NCBI GenBank assembly: GCA_017960855.1
Contig: JAGCYJ010000012.1
Span: 5,434-69,433 of the forward strand
Origin: Alphaproteobacteria bacterium
Lineage (GTDB): Bacteria; Pseudomonadota; Alphaproteobacteria; Rs-D84
Direction of reading: 5' to 3'
DNA length: 64,000 bases
Position numbers and translations under genes: made by a program. Below, piece by piece: positions 7,684 to 23,585 of the stretch. The notes beneath the pieces were generated by a model. The model ran no database searches and was not told the DNA's origin. It saw nothing but the letters and a program-made list of their open reading frames with translations. Positions within the stretch are counted from its first letter, which is position 1; each line of letters starts with the position of its first letter.

Positions 7684-9183
7684 ATGAAAAACAAAACTTG
7701 TTCTGCAACATACTTTATTTCCAGGGCGTTGGTCTTGGTGTCGTTGGTCGCGGTTGCGGCGTGTGCGCGTGATACAGACGATATGTCTTATGATGTGTCA
7801 ACACCGACGGTTGACTATGTTGAACGTTTGGATGTTTATTCTGCGCCACATAAAGATTCCTTTTTGAATCAGTTGGCGATGAATTATCGTTCTTATGCAA
7901 TTTACAATGCGCGGACCAGTGGCTATCCAGATATGGGCGAATTGTTTGCCCAGAAAGCGGTTGCTGCGTTCTCGGGCGAATTGCCGTTCCCTGAAACTAT
8001 GGAAAATTGGCCGGTTGATGATGAACAAACCGCGTTTGAATTATATACCGCATATAACGAGTTGATGGATCAGTTAAGAAATGATGCAAGTGATTTGCAG
8101 CCAGAATTAGCGGCCGAGGTTCAGGCAAAATACGATTGCTGGTTATCTGCAACGGCCAGTGGCCAAGATGCAACTGCACGTCAATGTCGCGATCGTTTCC
8201 AAAAGGCGATGGTTGCTTTGCGTGATTGCAGGGGTGGCAAAATTATAAGCAAGGTTGAATCACAACCTGTTAAAACAGTGACAAACGAATTTGCAGTTCA
8301 AGATTATCGTCGTAGCAGTGCGGAATATTATCCAGAAACACGTAATATGCAAGCGATGAGCAATTCATCTAGATCTCGCGAAGGTGTTATTATTGTCAAT
8401 AACGTAAATGTTCCTGAAAACTTGATAAAACCAGAACCAGTACAACCAATGGTGTTTAATCAAAACATTTATGGTGGCGATAAGACGGTTACCACAAACA
8501 GAGAGGCGAAGGATTGCCAATGCGCATATCGTGTTTGCAAAACGAAACCTTGTCCGCCACAACCTGTTGTCCAAGAACCATGCAATTGTCCAAATGAAGA
8601 TTTAGTGACGCGTGCAGAATTCATTGATATGATGATGGCTATGCGTGAAGAATTGGCGGCAATCAACGCGCGTTTGGATAAGTTGCAAGCTGCAGCTGGC
8701 GAAAAGACAATGATCAAGGTGCAACAGATTCCGCTGGAACCAAAACAACATGTTATGGAAGAAGTGTTCGAAGTGCGCTTTGACTTTAACAAGGCTATAA
8801 TCAAACCAGAATATCGTGATTTGATTGAAAAGTTGGCATCGGCGACCCAAGCAAACAAGAATATTAAAGTTTCTGTGGTTGGGCACACCGATACCGCTGG
8901 CAGCAAGAGCTATAACTATGCGTTGGGTGGGCGTCGTGCGGAAGCGGTACAAAAGATGCTGATTCAATATGGTATCCCAGCCAGCCAGATAGTCGCTGTG
9001 TCAAGTGGTGAAGAAGATTTGGCGGTTCCAACACCAGACAATACGCCGAATGCAGCAAACCGCCGTGTTCGCGTGGTAAAGGAAACACACTATACCAGTG
9101 AAGAGCCGGGTGGCAATCCAATCGCGGTAGAGGTTGGCGGATATGCCAGTGGTTCTTGTGGTGAATATGGCTGTGATATGTAG
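7684..9183 (+). CDS. OmpA-family peptidoglycan-associated (lipo)protein
   Basis: 499 aa. The signal/lipobox-like sequence is LVSLVAVAAC. The C-terminal OmpA_C-like domain reads FDFNKAIIKPEY..VVGHTDTAGSKSYNYALGGRRAEAVQKML..NRRVRVV. A Cys/Pro-rich linker, CQCAYRVCKTKPCPPQPVVQEPCNCP, precedes it. Confidence 0.85.
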   Translation: MKNKTCSATYFISRALVLVSLVAVAACARDTDDMSYDVSTPTVDYVERLDVYSAPHKDSFLNQLAMNYRSYAIYNARTSGYPDMGELFAQKAVAAFSGELPFPETMENWPVDDEQTAFELYTAYNELMDQLRNDASDLQPELAAEVQAKYDCWLSATASGQDATARQCRDRFQKAMVALRDCRGGKIISKVESQPVKTVTNEFAVQDYRRSSAEYYPETRNMQAMSNSSRSREGVIIVNNVNVPENLIKPEPVQPMVFNQNIYGGDKTVTTNREAKDCQCAYRVCKTKPCPPQPVVQEPCNCPNEDLVTRAEFIDMMMAMREELAAINARLDKLQAAAGEKTMIKVQQIPLEPKQHVMEEVFEVRFDFNKAIIKPEYRDLIEKLASATQANKNIKVSVVGHTDTAGSKSYNYALGGRRAEAVQKMLIQYGIPASQIVAVSSGEEDLAVPTPDNTPNAANRRVRVVKETHYTSEEPGGNPIAVEVGGYASGSCGEYGCDM

Positions 9184-9215
9184 GCGTGTTTGACCAGATT
9201 GGGACAACAAAATAC

Positions 9216-9243
9216 TTGACAAAAACAATTATATGTATATAGT
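9216..9243 (+). promoter_or_regulatory. sigma70-type promoter TTGACA-N16-TATAGT
   Basis: ttgaca at 9216-9221 and tatagt at 9238-9243, upstream of the small ORF at 9282. Confidence 0.6.
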
Positions 9244-9281
9244 TGGGTTGTCAGAGAGATGTTTTGAATAGAGGTAAAAAC

Positions 9282-9419
9282 ATGACTGATGATGTAAAAA
9301 AGTTTGAACGGGCTCGCAATACTGTCGCTTTTGGCAGGGCGTCTGCGAAGGTTTTTGATATCCGTGGCGAACTGTCAGCACGTTTGGGTGAACTGCCACC
9401 TGAAGAGTTCGGAAGATAG
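9282..9419 (+). CDS. Small hypothetical protein (45 aa)
   Basis: It is not in the ORF track because it is under 60 aa. My translation is MTDDVKKFERARNTVAFGRASAKVFDIRGELSARLGELPPEEFGR. The RBS gaggt lies 6 nt before the ATG. It has its own consensus promoter and a terminator. Confidence 0.5.
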   Translation: MTDDVKKFERARNTVAFGRASAKVFDIRGELSARLGELPPEEFGR

Positions 9420-9451
9420 AAGTTGTTCAAACATCTAAAAGCAATTAAATG

Positions 9452-9479
9452 ACGGGGCATCATGCCCCGTTGTTTTATT
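9452..9479. terminator. Rho-independent terminator
   Basis: acggggca(9452-9459), loop tca, tgccccgt(9463-9470), then tgttttatt. Confidence 0.7.
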
Positions 9480-9482
9480 ATG

Positions 9483-9683
9483 TTATTTCCGAACCGCCGC
9501 AAACAATGCCCATATCCAACCAATTATTGACCAGCCGAATAACCAACTGCCAATTCGGATTTTGACCATTTCGGTTTTGTCTTTTTTGTTTAGTTGAGCC
9601 AAGTATGCAGGGGCGCAAAGTACCATTACGATTAAGATAATCGCAATAATATATTTTATCAAAATAGGGTTCCCTACATTCAT
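9483..9683 (-). CDS. Small two-TM membrane protein (superinfection-immunity-like motif)
   Basis: 66 aa from the ATG at 9683 (ORF track starts at a TTG at 9695). The sequence is MNVGNPILIKYIIAIILIVMVLCAP...WLFGWSIIGWIWALFAAV. There is no clear SD. The family resemblance is weak. Confidence 0.45.
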   Translation of the reverse strand: MNVGNPILIKYIIAIILIVMVLCAPAYLAQLNKKDKTEMVKIRIGSWLFGWSIIGWIWALFAAVRK

Positions 9684-9726
9684 TTTTTTTACCAAGGGGC
9701 TTTTGTCCCCTTGGACCTTCCTTTCC

Positions 9727-16390
<6,664 letters not shown>

Positions 16391-16395
16391 AAAAT

Positions 16396-16421
16396 ACCGC
16401 CCATTTGGGCGGTGTTTTTTT
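16396..16421. terminator. Bidirectional rho-independent terminator
   Basis: accgccc-attt-gggcggt flanked by an A-run and a T-run, between convergent genes. Confidence 0.8.
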
Positions 16422-16434
16422 ATTGTTTTTTTTG

Positions 16435-17133
16435 TTAATCAAACAAACCAAACTTATATGCGGCACCGATATAAATTTCAGTTGCATCTATATGGGTTGT
16501 TGCAATTTTGTGATTTAATTTACCGTAATCGATATAACGCAATCCCAGATTTAAATCAATGTATTTATTAAGTGCAAAATTGATACCGGCCATTGCGGCG
16601 AAAGACAATTCAAAATCGTTTGTTGAAAAGTCGCCATGTGTACCACTAACATCACCCCAGATGCCACTGGCACCCAAACCAACACCAAAATAGGGTTCAA
16701 CCGCACCACCAAAGTTTTTATAGATGTAAACATTTAACATATTTGACCAAATGTCATAATCAAAATCTGTATCATGTTTTTCCAGTGATGCGCCAGTATA
16801 TGACGTTTCAAATTCTAATTTCACATAGTCAGTTAAACGATTGCCGATATTTAAGCCAAAACCAAAACTGTCGTCACGAAGTGTTGTATCCTTTGCTTTA
16901 TGGGCATCGTACTTGAAATAAATGTGTTCGTTGCGATGAATGCGAAAACCAGCATATGTATCCCGCGCAGAAGATGAATAAGAAGAAGATGTTGTTGGTG
17001 TGTCATCATAATCAGGGGCATATGTCGTGTATGATTCTAAATCTTCGTCATACGTTCCATATTCTTCATAATCGTTCGCAAATGTTGGTGTTGCAATCAG
17101 TGCGCCCAACAACAAGAAAGATATTTTTTTCAT
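16435..17133 (-). CDS. Outer-membrane beta-barrel protein (OmpW/Omp25/opacity-porin-like)
   Basis: 232 aa. The signal peptide is MKKISFLLLGALIATPTFA. Amphipathic strands alternate and there are Gly/aromatic girdles. The RBS GGGGA is present. Confidence 0.75.
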   Translation of the reverse strand: MKKISFLLLGALIATPTFANDYEEYGTYDEDLESYTTYAPDYDDTPTTSSSYSSSARDTYAGFRIHRNEHIYFKYDAHKAKDTTLRDDSFGFGLNIGNRLTDYVKLEFETSYTGASLEKHDTDFDYDIWSNMLNVYIYKNFGGAVEPYFGVGLGASGIWGDVSGTHGDFSTNDFELSFAAMAGINFALNKYIDLNLGLRYIDYGKLNHKIATTHIDATEIYIGAAYKFGLFD

Positions 17134-17196
17134 TTCTGTCCCCTATAAAACAATCTGAATTATAATTACAAAGAATATGCATTGGCAAGGATTTTG

Positions 17197-17205
17197 TGCT
17201 ATAAT
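17197..17205 (+). promoter_or_regulatory. Extended -10 element TGcTATAAT
   Basis: tgctataat at 17197-17205. The RBS ggaaggga and the GTG at 17221 follow. Confidence 0.5.
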
Positions 17206-17220
17206 TTAACGGAAGGGAAA

Positions 17221-18996
17221 GTGAATTTGCCACGCAAACCAAACGATTTAGATAAGAAGGAAAATGCGCACCCATCGTTTAAGCGACGGATGTTGGTTTA
17301 CCTTTTTAATTTGATTTTAATCGGCAGTGTTTTTGTTGCGGGCTATGTTGCGGTAATTTATTTGCGTATGCCTTCGTTAGATTCTATTCTGCACGAAACG
17401 CGGCCAGCGGCGGTTATGTTCATGGACAGAAATGGAAATGAAATTCGTTCATCGGGGCGCATAATGGGCGCGCCTGTTTCTGTTGAAACTTTGCCACCAT
17501 ATGTATGGCAAGCGATTGTCGCAATAGAGGACAAAAGATTTTTCAAACACGGACCCATTGATATGCGTGGTACCACACGTGCGCTGGTTGTGAATTTGTT
17601 CCGTGGACACTTTGCAGCGGGCGGATCGTCAATCACACAACAGACCGCAAAGAATATTTTCTTGTCGCGCGATAAAAAGATTTCACGAAAAGTTCAAGAA
17701 TTAATTTTGTCGCACTGGTTGGAAAATCGTTTCAACAAAAATCAAGTTTTAGATTTGTATATGAATCGTGTGTCGCTGGTTGGTGGTATGCGCGGTATTG
17801 ATGCGGCATCGCGTGTTATGTTCCAAGTACCCGCAACGAAAATGTCGTTAGCCCAAGCGGCACAGATTGCGGCTATGTTAAAGGCACCAACAACATACAG
17901 CCCGTTAAAAAATCCGGAAAAAAATATTACGCGTGCGCGAACAATTTTAACTGAAATGGTGCGTCAAGGATATATTGATATAAATCAAGCGCGTGCAGCT
18001 GCGCGTGAATTGGCACCAGCAACACCAGCACCCGACACAAACAAATATCGGTATTGGACGGACTTTGTGTTGGACGAAGTTGGATCGCGCATTGGAACAT
18101 TTAATACTGACTTGTATGTTTATACGACAATAGATATGGGGCTGCAAGAACACGTGGCGCGTGTTTTAGCGAACAAGGTTGAGCAATATCAAGGTGCAGT
18201 TGTCGCGATGGAATATGATGGTGCGATTCGTGCTATGTCAGGTGGTGCAGATTATCAAACAAGTCAATTTAATCGTGTGTTGGCGACGCGTCAACCGGGG
18301 TCTGCATTCAAGCCAGTTGTTTATTTGGTTGCATTGGAAAAAGGTATGCGTCCCGATTCGTATGTAAACGATTCGCAATTTGCGATTGGTGATTACAATC
18401 CTAAAAATTACAACGAACGTTATTACGGCGATATATCGTTGGCAACTGCGTTTGCAAAAAGCGTTAATTCTGTGCCATTAAAATTGACCGAAACATTTGG
18501 AATCGATTCGGTATTGAATATGGCGGGTCGTTTGGGTGTTGGTACAAAACTGCGTCGTGAATATTCAACTGTGTTGGGGGCGTCAGAAATGTCGCTGTTG
18601 GATTTAACAAATATTTATGCGGTAATTTGGAACAATGGCGAATCGGTGCGGCCTTATTCAATAACTAAAATAACAGACGCGTCTGGCAATATTGTTTATG
18701 AACGCAATCCATCTGAACCGATTACAATTTTGTCGCCGGATACTGTTTCATATATGACGGAATTATTGTCAGACGTTGTGGCGGTTGGTGGAACCGGACA
18801 TCGCGCAATGGCACCAAATGTGTTGGGGGGCAAAACCGGCACCAGTAATAATAATCGTGATGCTTGGTTCGTTGGTGCGACAAATAATTTAGTTATTGGT
18901 GTATGGTTGGGCAACGACGATTTCACACCAATGTCATCTAAAATAACAGGTGGTACAATCCCAGCAGAAATATTCCATGATATTGTTGCGAATTAG
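17221..18996 (+). CDS. mrcA: Class A penicillin-binding protein (bifunctional transglycosylase/transpeptidase)
   Basis: GT51 motifs are EDKRFFKHGPIDMRG and GGSSITQQTAKN. Transpeptidase motifs are SAFKP (SxxK), SVN (SxN) and KTGTS (KTG). An N-terminal TM anchor is present. I chose the GTG at 17221 because the -10 element lies inside the longer ORF. Confidence 0.85.
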   Translation: MNLPRKPNDLDKKENAHPSFKRRMLVYLFNLILIGSVFVAGYVAVIYLRMPSLDSILHETRPAAVMFMDRNGNEIRSSGRIMGAPVSVETLPPYVWQAIVAIEDKRFFKHGPIDMRGTTRALVVNLFRGHFAAGGSSITQQTAKNIFLSRDKKISRKVQELILSHWLENRFNKNQVLDLYMNRVSLVGGMRGIDAASRVMFQVPATKMSLAQAAQIAAMLKAPTTYSPLKNPEKNITRARTILTEMVRQGYIDINQARAAARELAPATPAPDTNKYRYWTDFVLDEVGSRIGTFNTDLYVYTTIDMGLQEHVARVLANKVEQYQGAVVAMEYDGAIRAMSGGADYQTSQFNRVLATRQPGSAFKPVVYLVALEKGMRPDSYVNDSQFAIGDYNPKNYNERYYGDISLATAFAKSVNSVPLKLTETFGIDSVLNMAGRLGVGTKLRREYSTVLGASEMSLLDLTNIYAVIWNNGESVRPYSITKITDASGNIVYERNPSEPITILSPDTVSYMTELLSDVVAVGGTGHRAMAPNVLGGKTGTSNNNRDAWFVGATNNLVIGVWLGNDDFTPMSSKITGGTIPAEIFHDIVAN

Positions 18997-19038
18997 AATT
19001 AAAGAGGAATAAATTTGTTTTTATCTGGTCGCTAATTG

Positions 19039-19047
19039 TGATATAAT
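19039..19047 (+). promoter_or_regulatory. Extended -10 element TGaTATAAT, 7 nt upstream of the ATG at 19055 (leaderless geometry)
   Basis: tgatataat at 19039-19047, then aatagtt, then ATG. No SD is possible in that space. Confidence 0.5.
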
Positions 19048-19054
19048 AATAGTT

Positions 19055-20026
19055 ATGATGAAGAAGTTATTGCTTGTTTTGCCAATGATTGCGTGTCTGG
19101 TATCGCCGGCGGCGCGTGCTAATTGGGAATACGATGGGACATATGTGCGTGATGGTCATTACGAAGATGACGGTCGTCGTTTCATTATCTTGATACGTGG
19201 TGGTATATCGTATGGAATGGCAAAGACGAAAAACGATATCGGCACATTAACTTCGGAATATTATTATAACCCAAATGATGGTTCAATTGTTTCAGCGGCA
19301 TATTACGACACATGCACAAATTGTGGCGATTATGTGTATGCTGGAATTGCCGATCTTGGTAAATTACCAATCAAGAAAAATTATGGTGAAATGTCCTTTA
19401 CTGGTGGTGCAGCAATTGGTTGGGTGTTGCCGTGGACACCACAGTGGCGTTTCCAAGTTGATTGGGACTATATATCGGAAAGCGAATATAATATATCGCC
19501 AATGTTAGAAGGCAAAGTTCCACTTGAGGGTGGCGATACCGATGAAAAGTTGAGTGTCAATATTCGCAGTGGTGGTGTCCAATCTACGGTCACAACAAAC
19601 GTCATTACCGCAATGGCAATTTATGACTTCTATGAAGGTTGGAATAAACCTTTGCGTAAGTTTATACCATATGCGGGTTTTGGCTTGGGATATGGTGATA
19701 CCGATACAGTGTTAAATTTGTCGGACTTGTATGGTGATTTGTCGTCATCTGTTGATTTGCAAAATTTTGGTGAATTGGATGATTATGGTGTTTTGCAATT
19801 CCACAGTGCTAAAAAATCTTCATCAAACTTGGCCGGGGTTGTGACGTTTGGTATGTCATATGGTGTATCTGAAGGGTTCTTCTTGGATGCGGGTTTCCGT
19901 TTTATATATATGCCAAAAGTAAAGTGGGCGTTGGGTAATGCGGATGGTTCGCGTTCACGTGATTGGTTCCATACAGAAAATATACTGTATTCAAATTTCT
20001 TGTTTGGATTCAGATGGGAGTTTTAA
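19055..20026 (+). CDS. Outer-membrane beta-barrel protein
   Basis: 323 aa. The signal peptide is MMKKLLLVLPMIACLVSPAARA. The C-terminus ...FLFGFRWEF is an OMP terminal-Phe signature. The composition is beta-rich. Confidence 0.75.
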   Translation: MMKKLLLVLPMIACLVSPAARANWEYDGTYVRDGHYEDDGRRFIILIRGGISYGMAKTKNDIGTLTSEYYYNPNDGSIVSAAYYDTCTNCGDYVYAGIADLGKLPIKKNYGEMSFTGGAAIGWVLPWTPQWRFQVDWDYISESEYNISPMLEGKVPLEGGDTDEKLSVNIRSGGVQSTVTTNVITAMAIYDFYEGWNKPLRKFIPYAGFGLGYGDTDTVLNLSDLYGDLSSSVDLQNFGELDDYGVLQFHSAKKSSSNLAGVVTFGMSYGVSEGFFLDAGFRFIYMPKVKWALGNADGSRSRDWFHTENILYSNFLFGFRWEF

Positions 20027-20027
20027 A

Positions 20028-20053
20028 AAACGCCCCACGGGGCGTTTTATTTT
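20028..20053. terminator. Bidirectional rho-independent terminator
   Basis: aaaaaacgccccacggggcgttttatttt. It overlaps the stop codon of the convergent comM gene. Confidence 0.7.
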
Positions 20054-21570
20054 ACACCATATTTACCGCGACCAATGGGACGATACGATAACGCTTCGGC
20101 TAAATCAGATAATTCAATATTGTCGGCACCACGTAAATCGGCGATTGTGCGTGCGATACGTTTAATGCGATTGTATCCGCGTGCAGACATAGACATTTTT
20201 TCCGCGGCGGTGTTCAGAAATTCGGTCAGTTCATCTGTCAGCGGTGCTGCCGCATTTAATTCTGCACCGTCCAGCAACGCGTTAACTTTGCCTTGGCGGG
20301 CAATTTGACGGTTGCGTGCCGCAACAACGCGTGCGCGGATTTGTGCGCTGGTTTCAATCGGGGTGTCTGATTTGGGCTTCATGTCCCATGGGTTAACTGC
20401 ATCCACATCAACATGCAAATCAATACGGTCAAGAAGCGGCCCCGATATTTTATTCTGATATGCTTCGGCACAACGTGGCGCGCGCGAACAAGACAATGCC
20501 GCGTTGCCAAGGTTTCCGCATGGGCATGGATTCATTGCGGCAATAAGTTGAAAACGCGCCGGATAGGTTGCGTTGCGCTTTGCACGCGAAATCGTAATCT
20601 TGCCCGATTCCATTGGTTGACGTAATATTTCCAATGTTGCGCGGTCGAATTCAGGTAATTCGTCCAAGAACAAAACACCGTTGTGTGCCAATGATATTTC
20701 GCCGGGCTTTGCGTTGCCACCACCACCCGCAAGTGATACAGGACTGGCGGTATGATGAATTGCGCGAAATGGACGATTTGTAATCAGTGCCTTGTCGCCC
20801 AGTTGTCCCGCGATTGAATATATGACGGATGTTTCAAGAATCTCGTCCGCGGTCATTTCAGGCAGTATTGTCGGTAAACGTGATGCTAACATTGTTTTCC
20901 CCGACCCCGGCGGTCCCACCATAAGCATTGCATGCCCACCCGCCGCGGCGATTTCCAATGCGCGTTTTGCAGATTCTTGACCATATACTTCGGCAAAGTC
21001 GCCGGCTGGCGTGGTTTGTGTTTGTCTGATTTCTGAAACAGTTGGTTGGGTCAACGGGGCGGCACCACTAAAATGATTTATCAATTCCAATACATGTGCC
21101 GGTGCCAAGATTTCTGTATGACCAGACAGGGCGGCTTCGGCACCCTGGGGGGCAGGGCAAATAATTCCCATGTTGTTGCGACGCGCCCAAACAGCCGCCG
21201 GCAGAACACCGTCTGTGCGAACGATTGCGCCGTCCAACCCGATTTCGCCAAGGATTAAATAGTGTGATAATTTTTCTTCGGGTAAAACGCCAATGGCGCA
21301 CAATATTCCGCACAGAATAGGCAGGTCAAAATGCGAACCGTTCTTTTCCACATCAGCCGGCGACAAGTTCACCGTCAATCGCTTTGGTGGCATTTTCAGA
21401 TTTAGCGCAGAAATAACATTACGTATGCGTTCCGCAGATTCTTTGACCGCGCGATCTGCTAATCCGATAATATTGAATTCTGGATTAGACAAACCCGTTG
21501 CCAACTGTACCTGGACATCAATGCGGGTCGCATCCATACCATTGAAAATTATTGAATTCAGAGAAATCAT
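20047..21570 (-). CDS. comM: YifB/ComM family Mg-chelatase-like AAA+ ATPase
   Basis: 507 aa. There is an N-terminal Lon-protease-like domain. Walker A reads MLMVGPPGSGKTM, and GVLFLDELPEF is present. A C-terminal ChlI-C region follows. Confidence 0.9.
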   Translation of the reverse strand: MISLNSIIFNGMDATRIDVQVQLATGLSNPEFNIIGLADRAVKESAERIRNVISALNLKMPPKRLTVNLSPADVEKNGSHFDLPILCGILCAIGVLPEEKLSHYLILGEIGLDGAIVRTDGVLPAAVWARRNNMGIICPAPQGAEAALSGHTEILAPAHVLELINHFSGAAPLTQPTVSEIRQTQTTPAGDFAEVYGQESAKRALEIAAAGGHAMLMVGPPGSGKTMLASRLPTILPEMTADEILETSVIYSIAGQLGDKALITNRPFRAIHHTASPVSLAGGGGNAKPGEISLAHNGVLFLDELPEFDRATLEILRQPMESGKITISRAKRNATYPARFQLIAAMNPCPCGNLGNAALSCSRAPRCAEAYQNKISGPLLDRIDLHVDVDAVNPWDMKPKSDTPIETSAQIRARVVAARNRQIARQGKVNALLDGAELNAAAPLTDELTEFLNTAAEKMSMSARGYNRIKRIARTIADLRGADNIELSDLAEALSYRPIGRGKYGVK

Positions 21571-21642
21571 GTTGGCATATTAGGACTTGCGCAAGTTGAA
21601 TTCAAGTTTTAAAATATCCGCGACAAAGAAAGGAATAAAGAG

Positions 21643-22521
21643 ATGCCGGCAAGAAATAAAAATACAGCACGCGAATGGTTTAATACCATATTTTATGGTG
21701 GTTTGATTGCGATTATATTTCGCAGTTTGTTTCTAGAGCCATTTAATATACCGTCGGGTTCTATGATACCGACACTGCATGTCGGCGACCATATATTCGT
21801 TCAAAAGTGGTCTTATGGATATTCACGCTATTCTTTCCCGTTTGGTTCGTGGAAGTTGTGGAACGGTCGTTTCTTTGCACATGAACCAAGGGTGGGTGAT
21901 GTCGTTGTGTTCCGTAATCCCGCCGATGAAAGCCAGGATTATATAAAACGCTTGGTCGGTGTGCCGGGTGATACGGTTCAGGTGAAAGAGGGGCGTTTGT
22001 ATCTGAACGGTGAAATGGTTCCACGTGAAAATCCACGTCCGTACATTATGGCGATATTGCCGAAGTCCATGCGCAGTGTCGGGTATTACAAGGACAATAT
22101 ATCAATCAAAGGGAACAAGGTTTGGGTTGATAATGCGCCGGCGCCGTTTAATTATACAATTGAATATAAATCAGATGCGTTCTGTCGTGAATATGCCGGT
22201 GCGTGCGGTGTGTTTAATATGACCGAATATGACGAAATATTACCAAACGGTGTAAAGCATAGTATCATAGAGGCATCAGACGAGGCACCTTTGGACAACA
22301 CGCCACTTTATACCGTCCCAGCAAAGCACTTCTTTTTCATGGGCGACGATCGCGACAACAGTGCCGATTCCCGCGCACATGTCGGATTCGTCCCGCGTGA
22401 TAATGTTTTGGGGCGTGCGTGGTTTATTTGGTATTCACATAATTACTATGCACCCATGATTGCGTTGTGGACATGGGGTTCCAAGATGCGCTGGGGTCGG
22501 TTTGGTATGGGGATTGATTAA
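21643..22521 (+). CDS. lepB: Signal peptidase I
   Basis: Motifs SGSMIPTL (catalytic Ser), YIKRLVGVPGD (Lys box) and FFMGDDRDNSADSR. Confidence 0.9.
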   Translation: MPARNKNTAREWFNTIFYGGLIAIIFRSLFLEPFNIPSGSMIPTLHVGDHIFVQKWSYGYSRYSFPFGSWKLWNGRFFAHEPRVGDVVVFRNPADESQDYIKRLVGVPGDTVQVKEGRLYLNGEMVPRENPRPYIMAILPKSMRSVGYYKDNISIKGNKVWVDNAPAPFNYTIEYKSDAFCREYAGACGVFNMTEYDEILPNGVKHSIIEASDEAPLDNTPLYTVPAKHFFFMGDDRDNSADSRAHVGFVPRDNVLGRAWFIWYSHNYYAPMIALWTWGSKMRWGRFGMGID

Positions 22522-23153
22522 TGATAAAACTTAAATACAAATTCAAAGATGAATCATTGTTGGAAATGGCACTGACCCAGAGCGGTGCAAATGCCACACA
22601 TAACAACGAACGGTTGGAATTCGTTGGTGATCGTGTTTTGGGTCTGACGGTGGCAGAATTGCTGTATCAAATGTATCCAGATGAATCAGAGGGCGAATTG
22701 GCGCGTCGCCATGCAATGCTGGTTTCGACTGAAACTTTGGCACGTGTCGCGAATGAATTGGACTTGGCGAACCGCGTTCATCATGGGCATATGACGGCGG
22801 GACGTATTCAACACATTTTGGCAAACGCGACCGAGGCGTTATTTGGTGCAATATTTCTTGAAAGTGGTTTTGATGTTGCACGTTCTGTTATTGCGGACAT
22901 ATGGCGCGATTTAGCGGCGGCGGATGCCACCGCGCCAAAGGATGCTAAAACAACATTACAGGAATTAGTTCAGCGTGAATCTGGCGGGGGATTGCCGAAG
23001 TATGAGTATCTGGAACCGACGGGTGCATCACATAACCCAACATTTAATGTTCGGGTGACTGCGCTGGGAAAAAGCGCAACAGGTAAGGGGGCATCTAAAA
23101 AGGTCGCCAGTATAGAGGCCGCAGCCGCATTGTTGAAAAAACTTGCAATTTAG
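22521..23153 (+). CDS. rnc: Ribonuclease III
   Basis: The signature ERLEFVGDRVLG is present, with a C-terminal dsRBD (LQELVQ...PTFNVRV...SKKVASIEAAAALLKKL). The start overlaps the lepB stop (ATTAATG). Confidence 0.9.
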   Translation: MIKLKYKFKDESLLEMALTQSGANATHNNERLEFVGDRVLGLTVAELLYQMYPDESEGELARRHAMLVSTETLARVANELDLANRVHHGHMTAGRIQHILANATEALFGAIFLESGFDVARSVIADIWRDLAAADATAPKDAKTTLQELVQRESGGGLPKYEYLEPTGASHNPTFNVRVTALGKSATGKGASKKVASIEAAAALLKKLAI

Positions 23154-23199
23154 CGGATTGGTGGCTAGAATCCAAGCACAAGAAACCAAGGGAAAAAAT

Positions 23200-23538
23200 A
23201 TGTTTTCGATTTTATTAGTTTTGTTGATTATCGTCGCCGTTTTTATGACCGGTCTGATTTTGTTGCAAAAGTCCGAAGGTAGCGGTATTTCCGGTTCATC
23301 TGCGTCATCTATGTTGGGCGGAATGTTGACTGGTGCTGCGGCTGGAAACTTTTTAACACGTTTGACGGCATGGTTGGCGGTTATATTCTTTGTTTTGTGT
23401 GGGGCATTGGCATTGGTTTCGTCCAGAATGAACGTTGCATCACAGCAAAGCGATTTGCGTAATGAAATTGTGACCCAAGAAACAGCAAATGCACCAATGG
23501 AAGAAATCCCAGCGGAACCTGCAACGGTTGAAGAATAA
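23200..23538 (+). CDS. secG: Preprotein translocase subunit SecG
   Basis: The ATG at 23200 follows aaggga. The sequence MFSILLVLLIIVAVFMTGLILLQKSEGSG... is typical of SecG, and a second TM segment is present. Confidence 0.8.
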   Translation: MFSILLVLLIIVAVFMTGLILLQKSEGSGISGSSASSMLGGMLTGAAAGNFLTRLTAWLAVIFFVLCGALALVSSRMNVASQQSDLRNEIVTQETANAPMEEIPAEPATVEE

Positions 23539-23558
23539 GAAAATAATTGATTAAAAAA

Positions 23559-23585
23559 TACCGCCCGATTGGGCGGTATTTTTAT
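23559..23585. terminator. Bidirectional rho-independent terminator
   Basis: taccgccc-gatt-gggcggta with flanking A and T runs. Confidence 0.8.

Noticed and set aside
9251-9523. 90-aa minus-strand ORF from the six-frame track.
   Set aside because: It has no RBS or promoter, and it spans a strong plus-strand promoter/SD/terminator unit and a terminator hairpin. The plus-strand 45-aa ORF explains the signals better.
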